Program-made: the position numbers and the translations under genes
Shown here: piece after piece, positions 29,913 through 38,728 of the stretch
How the letters are laid out: the number at the start of each line of letters is the position of its first letter
Position numbering within the stretch: position 1 is the first letter of the stretch
The notes under the pieces: generated by a model
What the model saw: only the letters and a program-made list of their open reading frames with translations
Databases searched by the model: none
Told to the model about the DNA's origin: nothing
Assembly: GCA_002742935.1 (NCBI GenBank)
Contig: PDON01000066.1
Span: 6,185 to 70,184 of the forward strand
Length of the DNA stretch: 64,000 nucleotides
DNA from: Candidatus Cloacimonadota bacterium
GTDB taxonomy: Bacteria > UBA4055
Reading direction: 5' to 3'

Positions 29913-30808
29913 AAAAACTATACTATGATTTTAAACAATTTATAGAAAAAAATTATAACTTTGGTAAAATGGGTAAGATTGGGCTGACCTTTAACACTCC
30001 ATGCCCAAACTATCCTCCCTGTAGTTTCTGTAACGCATCATCATTTATACCTCATACAAATAGAGTTATCACACCAATAAAAGAGCAGATAAGTTCCGGT
30101 ATACCCTATCTTAGTAAAAAGTATAAAACAAAAAACTTTATAGGCTATTTCCAAGATAACACTTCAACTTATGGAGATATAGAGGTTCTTAAAAGAGGTT
30201 ACGAAGATGCAACATCATTTGATAAGATTAAGATATTAAATATTTCCACAAGACCCGACTATATTGATAAAGAGATACTAAAAGCTATTACCCTTTCTTC
30301 AAATAGAAAGCCTGTATGGATAGAGCTTGGAATACAAACGTTTAATGAAAACACTTTAAAAAATATTGACAGAGGTCATGATCTTACAACCTTCTACAAA
30401 GCTTATAATCTTATAAGGAAGATGACAAATTTTAAAGTAGGACTCCACCTAATAATAGGTTTACCGGAGGAGAATGAGGATGATTTCTACTCAACAGCCA
30501 GAGAAGTATCAAGAATAAGGCCGGATTATATAAAGATATCTCATCTACAGATTGTAAAGGGCAGTAAGCTTGAAAAAGTGTATCAAAAAGGCGAAATAGA
30601 GGTTTTAGACCTTAATTCATACATTGATATTTTAGGTAACTATTTAGGTTATATTTCAGAAGATATATCTATACATAGAGTTATAGGATCAGCCCACATA
30701 GATCAACTTATAGCCCCATTTTGGAAAGTTAAGCATGGGGATTTTTTTGAGAAACTGTATAGCTCTATGAAAGAGAAGGGTATAAAGCAGGGTAGTTTAC
30801 TCATATAG
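29897..30808 (+). CDS. radical SAM protein (TIGR01212/YhcC-like)
   Basis: Cys cluster CPNYPPCSFCN near the N-terminus, TIM-barrel-like core, IELGIQTFNENTLKNIDRGH motif. Confidence 0.7.
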   Translation: MERKVEKLYYDFKQFIEKNYNFGKMGKIGLTFNTPCPNYPPCSFCNASSFIPHTNRVITPIKEQISSGIPYLSKKYKTKNFIGYFQDNTSTYGDIEVLKRGYEDATSFDKIKILNISTRPDYIDKEILKAITLSSNRKPVWIELGIQTFNENTLKNIDRGHDLTTFYKAYNLIRKMTNFKVGLHLIIGLPEENEDDFYSTAREVSRIRPDYIKISHLQIVKGSKLEKVYQKGEIEVLDLNSYIDILGNYLGYISEDISIHRVIGSAHIDQLIAPFWKVKHGDFFEKLYSSMKEKGIKQGSLLI

Positions 30809-31059
30809 AAACTTTAAATCATAAATCATATAATAATGAAAAATATTCAATAATAAACTATTATTACTTCCCTCAAAATAGGATAACAAATATACTCTAT
30901 CCAAAGCTTAAAATGTTTATTAATAGGCTAAAAATAAAGTTATATTTTCCTTGCTTTATCAACTTTACCTAAATAACTTACTTCTATTGATTGAAATGTG
31001 ATAATTTTCAGCTTGAATTGACTTCATGTTGAGTCGTAGAAAATATTATCGCGTTGTGG

Positions 31060-31091
31060 TAAATATTCCTCTATCACCACAGGAATATTTA
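31060..31091 (+). promoter_or_regulatory. 5'-leader hairpin upstream of the RRM protein gene
   Basis: TAAATATTCCT (31060-31070) pairs with AGGAATATTTA (31081-31091). A competing GTGGT/ACCAC pairing (31056-31060 with 31076-31080) is possible. Confidence 0.35.
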
Positions 31092-31132
31092 TCTTAATTT
31101 GTTTGGTGGTGGTTATTTATTGCGAGGAAATT

Positions 31133-31378
31133 ATGGACATCTATGTTGGAAACATCCCTTATTCTCTTACAGAAGAGGAATTAAGAGAAATCTTTGAAGC
31201 TCACGGCGAGGTTGCTTCGGCAAGAATTATTAAGGATAGAGAAACCGGAAGATCTAAAGGTTTTGGTTTTGTTAACATGCCTGAAAATGATGAAGCAGAA
31301 GTTGCTATCAAAGAGATGAACGGTAATGAGTTCAAGGGTAGACCACTTAGGGTTAACGAGGCTAGAGGAAGAGACTAA
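31133..31378 (+). CDS. RRM-type RNA-binding protein
   Basis: MDIYVGNIPYSL (RNP2) and KGFGFVNM (RNP1). ATG 31133; the track start 31103 is an upstream TTG. Confidence 0.9.
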   Translation: MDIYVGNIPYSLTEEELREIFEAHGEVASARIIKDRETGRSKGFGFVNMPENDEAEVAIKEMNGNEFKGRPLRVNEARGRD

Positions 31379-31405
31379 TATTTTTCATATAGTTCTAATT
31401 CTTTT

Positions 31406-31438
31406 AAGTCCCCACTTTTATAGTAGGGACTTTTTTTT
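31406..31438 (+). terminator. rho-independent terminator
   Basis: AAGTCCC pairs with GGGACTT, with 3 further inner pairs; followed by eight Ts. Confidence 0.75.
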
Positions 31439-31526
31439 ATTAATCAAAAATAGCATCTTTTTAATCTTTTAATAATAACCTGAGTTAGATATAAAAATAA
31501 TACTCTATCTTATACTTGATAAACAG

Positions 31527-32054
31527 TTATAATGAAGAATCAAATAAACCACCACCAGATTCTATCTCCAATAATCTTTTTTTTACTGTAAGCCCTCCCC
31601 CATAACCACCTAAAGTTCCATCTGATTGAATAACCCTGTGGCAAGGAATTATTAAAGCTATAGCATTTGATCCGTTAGCAGAGGCAACTGCCCTAACAGC
31701 TTTTGGGTTATTGATTCTTTTAGCTAAGTCAAGGTAAGAGCATGTTTCTCCGTAAGGTATTTTCATAAGTTCTTTCCAAACGGTTCTTTGAAAATCGGTT
31801 CCAACCATCAAAATAGGAATATCAAAATATTTTCTCTCACCTCTCAGATACTCTTTAACCTGCTCTTTTGTAATTTGTATAACTCTATCCTCTTTCTCTA
31901 AAAAAATAGAATCAAGCCCCCTTTTAACTCTTTTATCAACACTGTCTCTCATCTTCCTATAACGGAAATCCAAAATACAAAGCTTCTCTTGAAAAGAACC
32001 TATAACAAGCTCTCCAATTTCCATTCTATGATAAGAGATATTTATTCTGCTCAT
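31527..32054 (-). CDS. ogt: methylated-DNA--protein-cysteine methyltransferase
   Basis: Active site IIPCHRVI, preceded by TCSYLDLAKRINNPKAVRAVASANGSN. Confidence 0.9.
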   Translation of the reverse strand: MSRINISYHRMEIGELVIGSFQEKLCILDFRYRKMRDSVDKRVKRGLDSIFLEKEDRVIQITKEQVKEYLRGERKYFDIPILMVGTDFQRTVWKELMKIPYGETCSYLDLAKRINNPKAVRAVASANGSNAIALIIPCHRVIQSDGTLGGYGGGLTVKKRLLEIESGGGLFDSSL

Positions 32055-32322
32055 AACACTTCCCCTTTTGTAGAAAGTTAAAGATAGAGGAGAACTAATT
32101 TTTCCCTATGATTAAAATTGTTGTAACATAAAAACTATATAACAGAAAGAGTAAAATAGTTTTAGATTAAATACAAGAGTAACTCCATGATTTATTTAGA
32201 CAATTATATTTTTAAATTTTATATTTAACGAAAGGATTTCACACTTAAAGTTAGTAATCCTATAGTTGTAAGATAAAAATTTTGAGAACCATTTTAATTT
32301 TTGGTAATTGTAGAGGATAAGC

Positions 32323-33639
32323 TTGATAAGAAAGATATTAAATTTAGCTACTCCTGTAATATTGGGACAAATAACCTCCTTAGTTCTACAATTTGTAGAT
32401 AGATTATTTATAGCTAAGCTTGGTATTGATGAAGCAGCAGGATCAAGCCTTTCGGGTAGTTTTATATGGTTGATTATCTCATTAACAGCAATAGTAACAG
32501 GAGGAACTATTGCATTTGTATCCAGAAGAGTTGGAGAAAAAGATTTTGTAAGAGCAAGAAAGGGAGCTGAACAATCAATATTTCTATCTCTAATACTTGG
32601 ATTTATTATATCAATTTTATCATTTATATTTTCAGAAGAGATTGTAAACTTTTATGGTGCAACAGAAAATGTAACAAGGATTGGAATAATATATTTCAAA
32701 ACCCTTATAGGAGGATTTACCTTCCTCTTTTCAGGTATGGCTTTAGCTTCTATTTTTCAATCTTCGGGAGATACAAAAACTCCCATGTATATATTTATGG
32801 GAATGAGCATATTAAACCTAGTTTTGGATCCAATATTTATCTTTGGCTTTGGATTTATACCTAAAATGGGGATTTTTGGTGCCGCTCTTGCAACAGTTAT
32901 ATCTGAAATTACAGCTTTTATAGTGGGTGTAGTTTATCTATTAAAATTTAAGATTTTAAGCCCGAGATTTATCAACTTCTTTATACCGGAAACAACTATA
33001 ATAAAAAGGATATTGAGTATTGGAAAGTGGAGTGGACTCAGCAGTTTTTCAAGACCCCTCTCAGCTATAATGCTTCAAAGAATTATTACCTATCATGGAA
33101 CAAAGGCTGTTGCAGCATTTAGCTTTGGTGTTCAATGGATATCAATATACTTTGTTGTTATGGATGGATTAAAAGTAGCAATATCAACCATGGTTGGTCA
33201 AAAACTTGGAGAATTAAACTATGAAGAAGTTTACAATATAGTAAGATCAGGAATAAAATTTGGTGCATACATTGTGGTAGTTGTTACCATTATAGGAGTT
33301 CCTTTAAGTGATTACGCTATTATGATATTCTCCAATGATATCGAAATTATAACCATGGGAGCTAACTATTTAAAAATTGTTATACTCTCCCTATTTTTTG
33401 AAGTGCCAATGACCATATATACCGCCGCATTTAACGGAGCAGGAGATACAAAACCGCCTATGATAATCTCATTTATATCAAACTGGATAGGAAAAATTCC
33501 TTACGCCTATATAGCTTCATATATACTTGGATTTGGAATCAACTCTGTTTGGGTGGCAATATCTCTATCAATTGTTATGGAAGGTATTGGTATGTGGGTA
33601 TGGTTTAAAAGAGGTAACTGGAAGCTAAAAACAGTTTAA
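32323..33639 (+). CDS. MATE family efflux transporter
   Basis: 12-TM profile with the duplicated MATE pattern (LATPVILGQ..., GDTKTPMY / GDTKPPMI). TTG start 5 nt after GAGGAT. Confidence 0.85.
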   Translation: MIRKILNLATPVILGQITSLVLQFVDRLFIAKLGIDEAAGSSLSGSFIWLIISLTAIVTGGTIAFVSRRVGEKDFVRARKGAEQSIFLSLILGFIISILSFIFSEEIVNFYGATENVTRIGIIYFKTLIGGFTFLFSGMALASIFQSSGDTKTPMYIFMGMSILNLVLDPIFIFGFGFIPKMGIFGAALATVISEITAFIVGVVYLLKFKILSPRFINFFIPETTIIKRILSIGKWSGLSSFSRPLSAIMLQRIITYHGTKAVAAFSFGVQWISIYFVVMDGLKVAISTMVGQKLGELNYEEVYNIVRSGIKFGAYIVVVVTIIGVPLSDYAIMIFSNDIEIITMGANYLKIVILSLFFEVPMTIYTAAFNGAGDTKPPMIISFISNWIGKIPYAYIASYILGFGINSVWVAISLSIVMEGIGMWVWFKRGNWKLKTV

Positions 33640-33731
33640 AAAAAATCTTAAAAGATTAAATAGTAATAAAATTAAATATTTCTTTATTTTTACTAAAAAA
33701 GAAATTTTAAAGCTTCTTTATTGTAAAAAAT

Positions 33732-33760
33732 TTGCAATCAGTCCATAACGGCATTATAAT
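33732..33760 (+). promoter_or_regulatory. sigma-70 promoter for the NSS transporter
   Basis: TTGCAA (33732-33737), 17 nt spacer, TATAAT (33755-33760). Confidence 0.6.
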
Positions 33761-33839
33761 ATAATAAGGTTCATACATTTTTACAACGAAATAGACTCGT
33801 ACCGGTTTGTAATTATCTTAGCATATAGGAGGAGAGTTT

Positions 33840-35375
33840 ATGGCAAAACAGAAAAGAGGTCAATGGGGCTCAAAAATGGGCTTCTTACTAGCTGTAATTG
33901 GTTCAGCTGTCGGTTTAGGAAACATATGGCGTTATCCGTATATGTTGTACAAAAATGGAGGAGGAGCCTTTCTAATACCGTATTTTACAGCTATTCTCGT
34001 AGCAGGAATTCCCGTTCTTATACTGGAATATGGATTTGGACACAAATTCAGAGGTTCCACCCCTATGTCATTTGCAAGAGCTCACAAAGGTCTTGAGTGG
34101 ATAGGATGGATACCAACTTTTGCAGCCTTCGTAATAATGACATTTTACAGTGTAATTTTAGGGTGGGCAGTCAACTATTTTGTATATGCATTTGATTTCT
34201 CATGGGGAGAAAATACAAAAGAGTTCTTCTTTAAAGATTTTCTTAATATCTCAGAAGGAGCTTTTACACTCGGTGGATTTCAATTTGATATAATGGTTAC
34301 AGTAATAGTAGTTTGGCTAATAAATTGGTTTGTTACCTATAAAGGTGTTTCTGGAGGTATTGAAAAGTTGAACAAAGTTCTAATACCTACACTACTAATA
34401 CTTATGGCAGTTGTTGTGGTAAAAGGGGTTACACTTCCGGGAGCTACCAAAGGTCTTAATGTACTATTTACTCCAAAGTGGGAAAGATTAGCTGATATTT
34501 CAGTTTGGAGAGATGCTTTTGGACAGGTATTCTTCTCATTATCACTGGCACTTGCAGCCATAATTACCTATGCCAGTTATCTTCCCAAGAAAACAGATTT
34601 AAACAACTCGGCAATGATTACAGCGTTTGCAAACTGTGGTTTTGAATTTTTTGCAGCTATAGGTATTTTTGGAATCCTTGGTTTTATGGCTACATCACAA
34701 GGAGTTGATGTAACTGAGGTTGCAGGTGGCGGCGTTGGTTTAGCTTTTGTTGTATTCCCTAAAGTATTTTTAACTATGGGAGGTATAGGAAAAGTTCTAG
34801 GTGTTATATTTTTCTTGGCAATTATTACAGCTGGATTAACATCAAGTGTATCTCTACTTGAGGCTTTCTCTTCATCAGTGATTGATAAGACCGGTAAGAG
34901 TAGAAAAAAGATTGTAACTATTACTTCAATAGTATGTCTTTCAATAAGTCTGCTTTATGTAACGGGAGCAGGTCTTTACATACTTGATATAGTAGATCAC
35001 TTCTTAAATTCATATATAGTTATTGGTACAGGTATGCTTGAAGCTATAACTATTGGTTGGATTATTAGAGCTGATATGATAAGAAAACATAATAATGCCA
35101 TTTCAATTGTAAAGGTTGGAAAGTGGTGGAATCTAGTCATCAAATTTATAGCTCCTTTGGTTCTTGGAGGAATCTTGGTTCTATCAATTATAGATGAATT
35201 TAAAGTAAATTATGGAGATTACCCTACCAATGCTCTGCTTATATATGGTGTTGGAACAATAGTAGCGGTATTGGTACTATCATTTATCACAGACAGACTT
35301 CCTTGGAGAAAGGGTGCTATAGAAGGTTTCGCTACACAAGGATCTGATTATAAAGGAGAAAAAGAGGAGGGATAA
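33840..35375 (+). CDS. neurotransmitter:sodium symporter (NSS/SNF) family transporter
   Basis: WGSKMGFLLAVIGSAVGLGNIWRYPY signature; polytopic, 511 aa. Confidence 0.9.
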   Translation: MAKQKRGQWGSKMGFLLAVIGSAVGLGNIWRYPYMLYKNGGGAFLIPYFTAILVAGIPVLILEYGFGHKFRGSTPMSFARAHKGLEWIGWIPTFAAFVIMTFYSVILGWAVNYFVYAFDFSWGENTKEFFFKDFLNISEGAFTLGGFQFDIMVTVIVVWLINWFVTYKGVSGGIEKLNKVLIPTLLILMAVVVVKGVTLPGATKGLNVLFTPKWERLADISVWRDAFGQVFFSLSLALAAIITYASYLPKKTDLNNSAMITAFANCGFEFFAAIGIFGILGFMATSQGVDVTEVAGGGVGLAFVVFPKVFLTMGGIGKVLGVIFFLAIITAGLTSSVSLLEAFSSSVIDKTGKSRKKIVTITSIVCLSISLLYVTGAGLYILDIVDHFLNSYIVIGTGMLEAITIGWIIRADMIRKHNNAISIVKVGKWWNLVIKFIAPLVLGGILVLSIIDEFKVNYGDYPTNALLIYGVGTIVAVLVLSFITDRLPWRKGAIEGFATQGSDYKGEKEEG

Positions 35376-35379
35376 TAAA

Positions 35380-35484
35380 ATGACTGGACAAGCTATACTA
35401 TTCTTGGTTATTGGAGGGGTTTTCCTTTGGGGAGGCTTAGCACAGGCTCTAATAAGAGAATTTAAAAATAATGATTATGAATAA
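35380..35484 (+). CDS. MetS-like small subunit of NSS amino-acid importers (34 aa; not in the ORF track)
   Basis: ATG 4 nt after the NSS stop, behind GAGGAGGG. MTGQAILFLVIGGVFLWGGLAQALIREFKNNDYE is a single TM helix with a WGG motif, as I recall for the methionine/alanine importer small subunit. Confidence 0.55.
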   Translation: MTGQAILFLVIGGVFLWGGLAQALIREFKNNDYE

Positions 35485-35487
35485 TAG

Positions 35488-35518
35488 AAATAGCTCTCCG
35501 ATTGGGAGAGCTATTTTT
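35488..35518 (+). terminator. rho-independent terminator
   Basis: AAATAGCTCTCC pairs with GGAGAGCTATTT (12 bp), 5-nt loop, followed by TTTTT. Confidence 0.8.
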
Positions 35519-35566
35519 ATTCAGTGCTTTGATTTAATAAAAAAGTAAATTACTATTCTCTTAAAC

Positions 35567-35602
35567 AATCTCCATAGTTGCAGTATTGCAACTATGGAGA
35601 TT
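35567..35602. promoter_or_regulatory. 16-bp perfect inverted repeat (candidate activator/operator site)
   Basis: AATCTCCATAGTTGCA gtat TGCAACTATGGAGATT. Centre lies about 130 bp upstream of the sigma-54-like element. No T-run follows. Confidence 0.4.
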
Positions 35603-35699
35603 TCCTATTCGCACATATGCAATAAAAATAAAAACCCGGCCATTCAAAAGAAAACACTATAATGCTTTTATTACAATATTTAAATAAAAGTAAAAGTTA

Positions 35700-35715
35700 T
35701 GGCATTCTAGTTGCA
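35700..35715 (+). promoter_or_regulatory. sigma-54 type -24/-12 promoter element
   Basis: TGGCAT-tctag-TTGCA compared with the consensus TGGCAC-N5-TTGCA; GG and GC are separated by exactly 10 nt. Ends 13 nt before ATG 35729. Confidence 0.45.
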
Positions 35716-35728
35716 ATATATATTAAAC

Positions 35729-36088
35729 ATGAAGAAGATTGTTGCTATATCCATATTCAATCATAGAATTGCCCCGGTTTTTGATGTATCACTTAAAGTA
35801 TTAATTATCGATACAAACTCAGAAGATCAGCTTCCGAAGGAAAAAGAACTACCCAAACAGATAGATGAAAAAATTTTAGCTATAAAAAACTCTGGAGTAG
35901 AGATACTATTATGTGGAGCTATATCAATTCAAGTTTTAGAAAGAATTGAAAGGGCAGGAATAGAGGTTTACCCCTTTGCCAGAGGTTCTATTTGTGAGAT
36001 TCTCTCAAAACTCAAAGAGGGAAAGATTGATAAAATGAGATATACAATGCCAGGGTGTTATAGAAGAGGAAGATGTGTACGAAGATAG
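35729..36088 (+). CDS. NifX/NifB-type (dinitrogenase FeMo-cofactor-binding fold) domain protein
   Basis: MKKIVAISIFNHRIAPVFD...ILLCGAIS...GIEVY pattern of the NifX-like fold; Cys/Arg tail PGCYRRGRCVRR. The track start 35711 is the TTG of the -12 box. Confidence 0.65.
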   Translation: MKKIVAISIFNHRIAPVFDVSLKVLIIDTNSEDQLPKEKELPKQIDEKILAIKNSGVEILLCGAISIQVLERIERAGIEVYPFARGSICEILSKLKEGKIDKMRYTMPGCYRRGRCVRR

Positions 36089-36144
36089 AAATTAAAGTTG
36101 CAAAAATGCGAAAGAATAGATAAAGTAATCTTATATACTATGAG

Positions 36145-37341
36145 GTGAATCAGTTGAATCAAGAGATGATTAAGGAAAATGAAGCAATCGCTAGAACAAA
36201 TGAGAAGATTGCACACAAGATTGTAGTAATGAGTGGAAAAGGCGGAGTAGGAAAATCTACCATATCCACAAATATTGCTTACGGATTAGCACTAAACGGA
36301 TACAGGGTTGGTATTTTAGATGCTGATGTTCATGGTCCTAACATAGCATTAATGTGTGGTGTTGAAGGGAAAAAAGCTGAAAACTTAGAACCTATAGAGG
36401 TACAAACAAACCTAAAAGTTGTATCTCTTGGAATGTTTTTAGAAAAATCAGGAGATCCTATAGTATGGAGAGGTCCTGCAAAAACAAAAATTATTAAGCA
36501 ACTAATTGCTAATGTAAACTGGGGTGAGTTGGATTTTATGGTGGTTGATCTTCCTCCGGGAACCGGTGATGAGGGTTTAACTATTGCACAAAATCTTGGA
36601 AATATTGATGGAGCTATTATTGTTACAACACCTCAAGATGTTGCACTTTTAGATTCAGGAAGATCTGTCAAATTCGCAGAAATGCTAAAGATGCCTGTTT
36701 TAGGAATAGTAGAAAATATGAGTGGTTTCTCTTGCCCTCACTGTGGAGAGAAGATAGATATTTTTGATAATGAAAAGGTTAGTACATACAGAAACAGTAG
36801 TATAGAACTACTAGGTAAAATACCTTTGACTCCCGAGATTGTTAAATCCGGAGATACAGGAAAACCTTTCATATACTTCAATAACGGAGAGAAAGCTGCA
36901 GAACAACTACACAATATTGTTAACAAAGTTCTTGATAAAGTTGAAACTAAAAATATGGAGAATGAGATGGAAAAAGAGAGTATTAAAATTGCACTACCTA
37001 CAAATGACAGAGCTAATGTTGAGGAGCATTTTGGACACTGTAAAGAGTTTGCTTTTTACACTGTTTCAGAAGGAAATGTGCAAGCAATAGATTATTTAAC
37101 AGCACCACCTCACGAACCTGGAGTTTTACCAAAGTTTCTTGGAGAAAAAGGTGCTAACGTAATCATTACAGGCGGAATGGGTGCGAGAGCTATTGCTCTC
37201 TTCAAAGATCAAAATATTGAGGTTATCTTAGGAGCAACAGGAGCTCTCAAAGATAATCTAAATGAATATCTAAAAGGTGATCTTGAATCAAAAGGATCTG
37301 CTTGTTCTCATAACCATGAAGATCATGAATGTTCACACTAA
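36145..37341 (+). CDS. Mrp/NBP35 (ApbC-like) Fe-S cluster carrier ATPase fused to a C-terminal NifX-type domain
   Basis: Deviant Walker A VVMSGKGGVGKST and a CPHCGEKIDIF motif. The C-terminal IKIALPTNDRANVEEHFGHCKEFAFY...IITGGMGARA is NifX-like. Tail CSHNHEDHECSH. The start is uncertain (GTG 36145, TTG 36154 or ATG 36166). Confidence 0.85.
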   Translation: MNQLNQEMIKENEAIARTNEKIAHKIVVMSGKGGVGKSTISTNIAYGLALNGYRVGILDADVHGPNIALMCGVEGKKAENLEPIEVQTNLKVVSLGMFLEKSGDPIVWRGPAKTKIIKQLIANVNWGELDFMVVDLPPGTGDEGLTIAQNLGNIDGAIIVTTPQDVALLDSGRSVKFAEMLKMPVLGIVENMSGFSCPHCGEKIDIFDNEKVSTYRNSSIELLGKIPLTPEIVKSGDTGKPFIYFNNGEKAAEQLHNIVNKVLDKVETKNMENEMEKESIKIALPTNDRANVEEHFGHCKEFAFYTVSEGNVQAIDYLTAPPHEPGVLPKFLGEKGANVIITGGMGARAIALFKDQNIEVILGATGALKDNLNEYLKGDLESKGSACSHNHEDHECSH

Positions 37342-37351
37342 TTAAATAAAA

Positions 37352-37382
37352 GAGAGATCCTTGCTTTTAACAGGGATCTCTC
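37352..37382 (+). other. 12-bp intra-cluster hairpin without a T-run
   Basis: GAGAGATCCTTG pairs with CAGGGATCTCTC (one G-U), 7-nt loop; 10 nt after the stop of the Mrp fusion gene. Confidence 0.5.
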
Positions 37383-37471
37383 ATATTATAAATAAGATAG
37401 CATTATTACAACAAATAGAAAAACCATTTGAAAGTTGTGCTTTTGTCTAATATTTTAAAGGAGAGGCAGTT

Positions 37472-37834
37472 ATGAATATAGCAATATGTACCACAGGAGA
37501 AAGTTTAGATTCCAACCTTGATGAAAGATTTGGAAGATGTGAAAATTTCCTAATATACAATAGTGAAACTGAAAAGTTTACAGTAGTAAAAAATAGAGCA
37601 AAAGATGAAGCTTCGGGAGCAGGTAGAAATGCTGTAAAACAACTTTCTGAAAATGGAGTAGATCTAGTTTTGGCTCCACATATAGGTCCTAAGGGTTTAA
37701 CAGCTCTTGAAGCTATGGAGATAGAAGCTTACGATTTTGGTGATTCAAAAAGTGTGGAAGATGCTATAAATAATTTTAAGGCTGGAATCTTAGAAAAAGT
37801 TACAAATAGAAAAGGTGGGCTGAGAAAAGTATAG
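37472..37834 (+). CDS. NifX/NifB-type domain protein
   Basis: MNIAICTTGESLDSNLDERFGRCENFLIYN...VDLVLAPHIGPKG, the classic stand-alone NifX-like pattern. RBS AGGAGAGG. Confidence 0.8.
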   Translation: MNIAICTTGESLDSNLDERFGRCENFLIYNSETEKFTVVKNRAKDEASGAGRNAVKQLSENGVDLVLAPHIGPKGLTALEAMEIEAYDFGDSKSVEDAINNFKAGILEKVTNRKGGLRKV

Positions 37835-37873
37835 CAATAAACCTATATTCAACCATTTTAGGAGATTCTATTT

Positions 37874-38728
37874 ATGAAAATAACTGTATTAAGTGGAAAA
37901 GGAGGAACAGGAAAAACAACTGTTTCTACGAATCTATTTTATAACAGTGAAAACAGTTCTCTCTTTGATACAGATGTAGAGGAGCCTAACGCTCATCTAT
38001 TCTTTAATCTAAGTAACAGTAGATCTATTGAGGTAGAAAAATCATATCCAAAAATAGATAAAGAGAAATGTACTCTATGTGGAAAGTGTAGCGATTTTTG
38101 TAACTATAATGCACTCTTAACAACAAAAAGGGGAGTTTTAGTTTTTGAAGAAAGTTGTCATGATTGTGGAGGGTGTAAACTTGTTTGTTCATTCAATGCA
38201 ATAGATTATGAAAAAAGATCTATTGGTAAAATACACAGCTGTTCCCATAAAAATAGAAATATCCACTATGGTAAATTAAATCTTGGAGAACTTTCGGGAG
38301 TTCCAATAATAGATAGTGAAAATAAAATGGTTGATAAAGAGGAGTTGTCCATATTTGATGCCCCTCCCGGAACATCTTGTGCAACCTTTGCAGCTTTAGA
38401 AGATAGTGATTATGCTATTATTGTTACAGAACCTACCCCTTTTGGAGTAAGTGATATGAAGATGGTGGTAGAGATGTTACAAAGTATGAAGATACCCTTT
38501 GGTGTTGTTGTAAATAAGAGCGGATTGGGAAACAATGAAATCTATGAGTATTGTAACAAATCAGATATAGAGATCTTAACAGAGATACCATACTCAAAAG
38601 ATATTGCACAATCCTATGCTATAGGAGCTATCTTTAGTGAAAAGCTACCCAGATACAGAGATCTATTTAAAACTCTTCTAAAAAATGTTGTTGAAAAGAT
38701 TCAGAATGAGGAGATTGATAATGATTAG
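37874..38728 (+). CDS. MinD/ParA-superfamily P-loop ATPase with inserted 2x[4Fe-4S] ferredoxin domain
   Basis: ITVLSGKGGTGKTT, then CTLCGKCSDFCNYNAL and CHDCGGCKLVCSFNAI, then the ATPase core resumes (IFDAPPGTSC). Confidence 0.8.
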   Translation: MKITVLSGKGGTGKTTVSTNLFYNSENSSLFDTDVEEPNAHLFFNLSNSRSIEVEKSYPKIDKEKCTLCGKCSDFCNYNALLTTKRGVLVFEESCHDCGGCKLVCSFNAIDYEKRSIGKIHSCSHKNRNIHYGKLNLGELSGVPIIDSENKMVDKEELSIFDAPPGTSCATFAALEDSDYAIIVTEPTPFGVSDMKMVVEMLQSMKIPFGVVVNKSGLGNNEIYEYCNKSDIEILTEIPYSKDIAQSYAIGAIFSEKLPRYRDLFKTLLKNVVEKIQNEEIDND

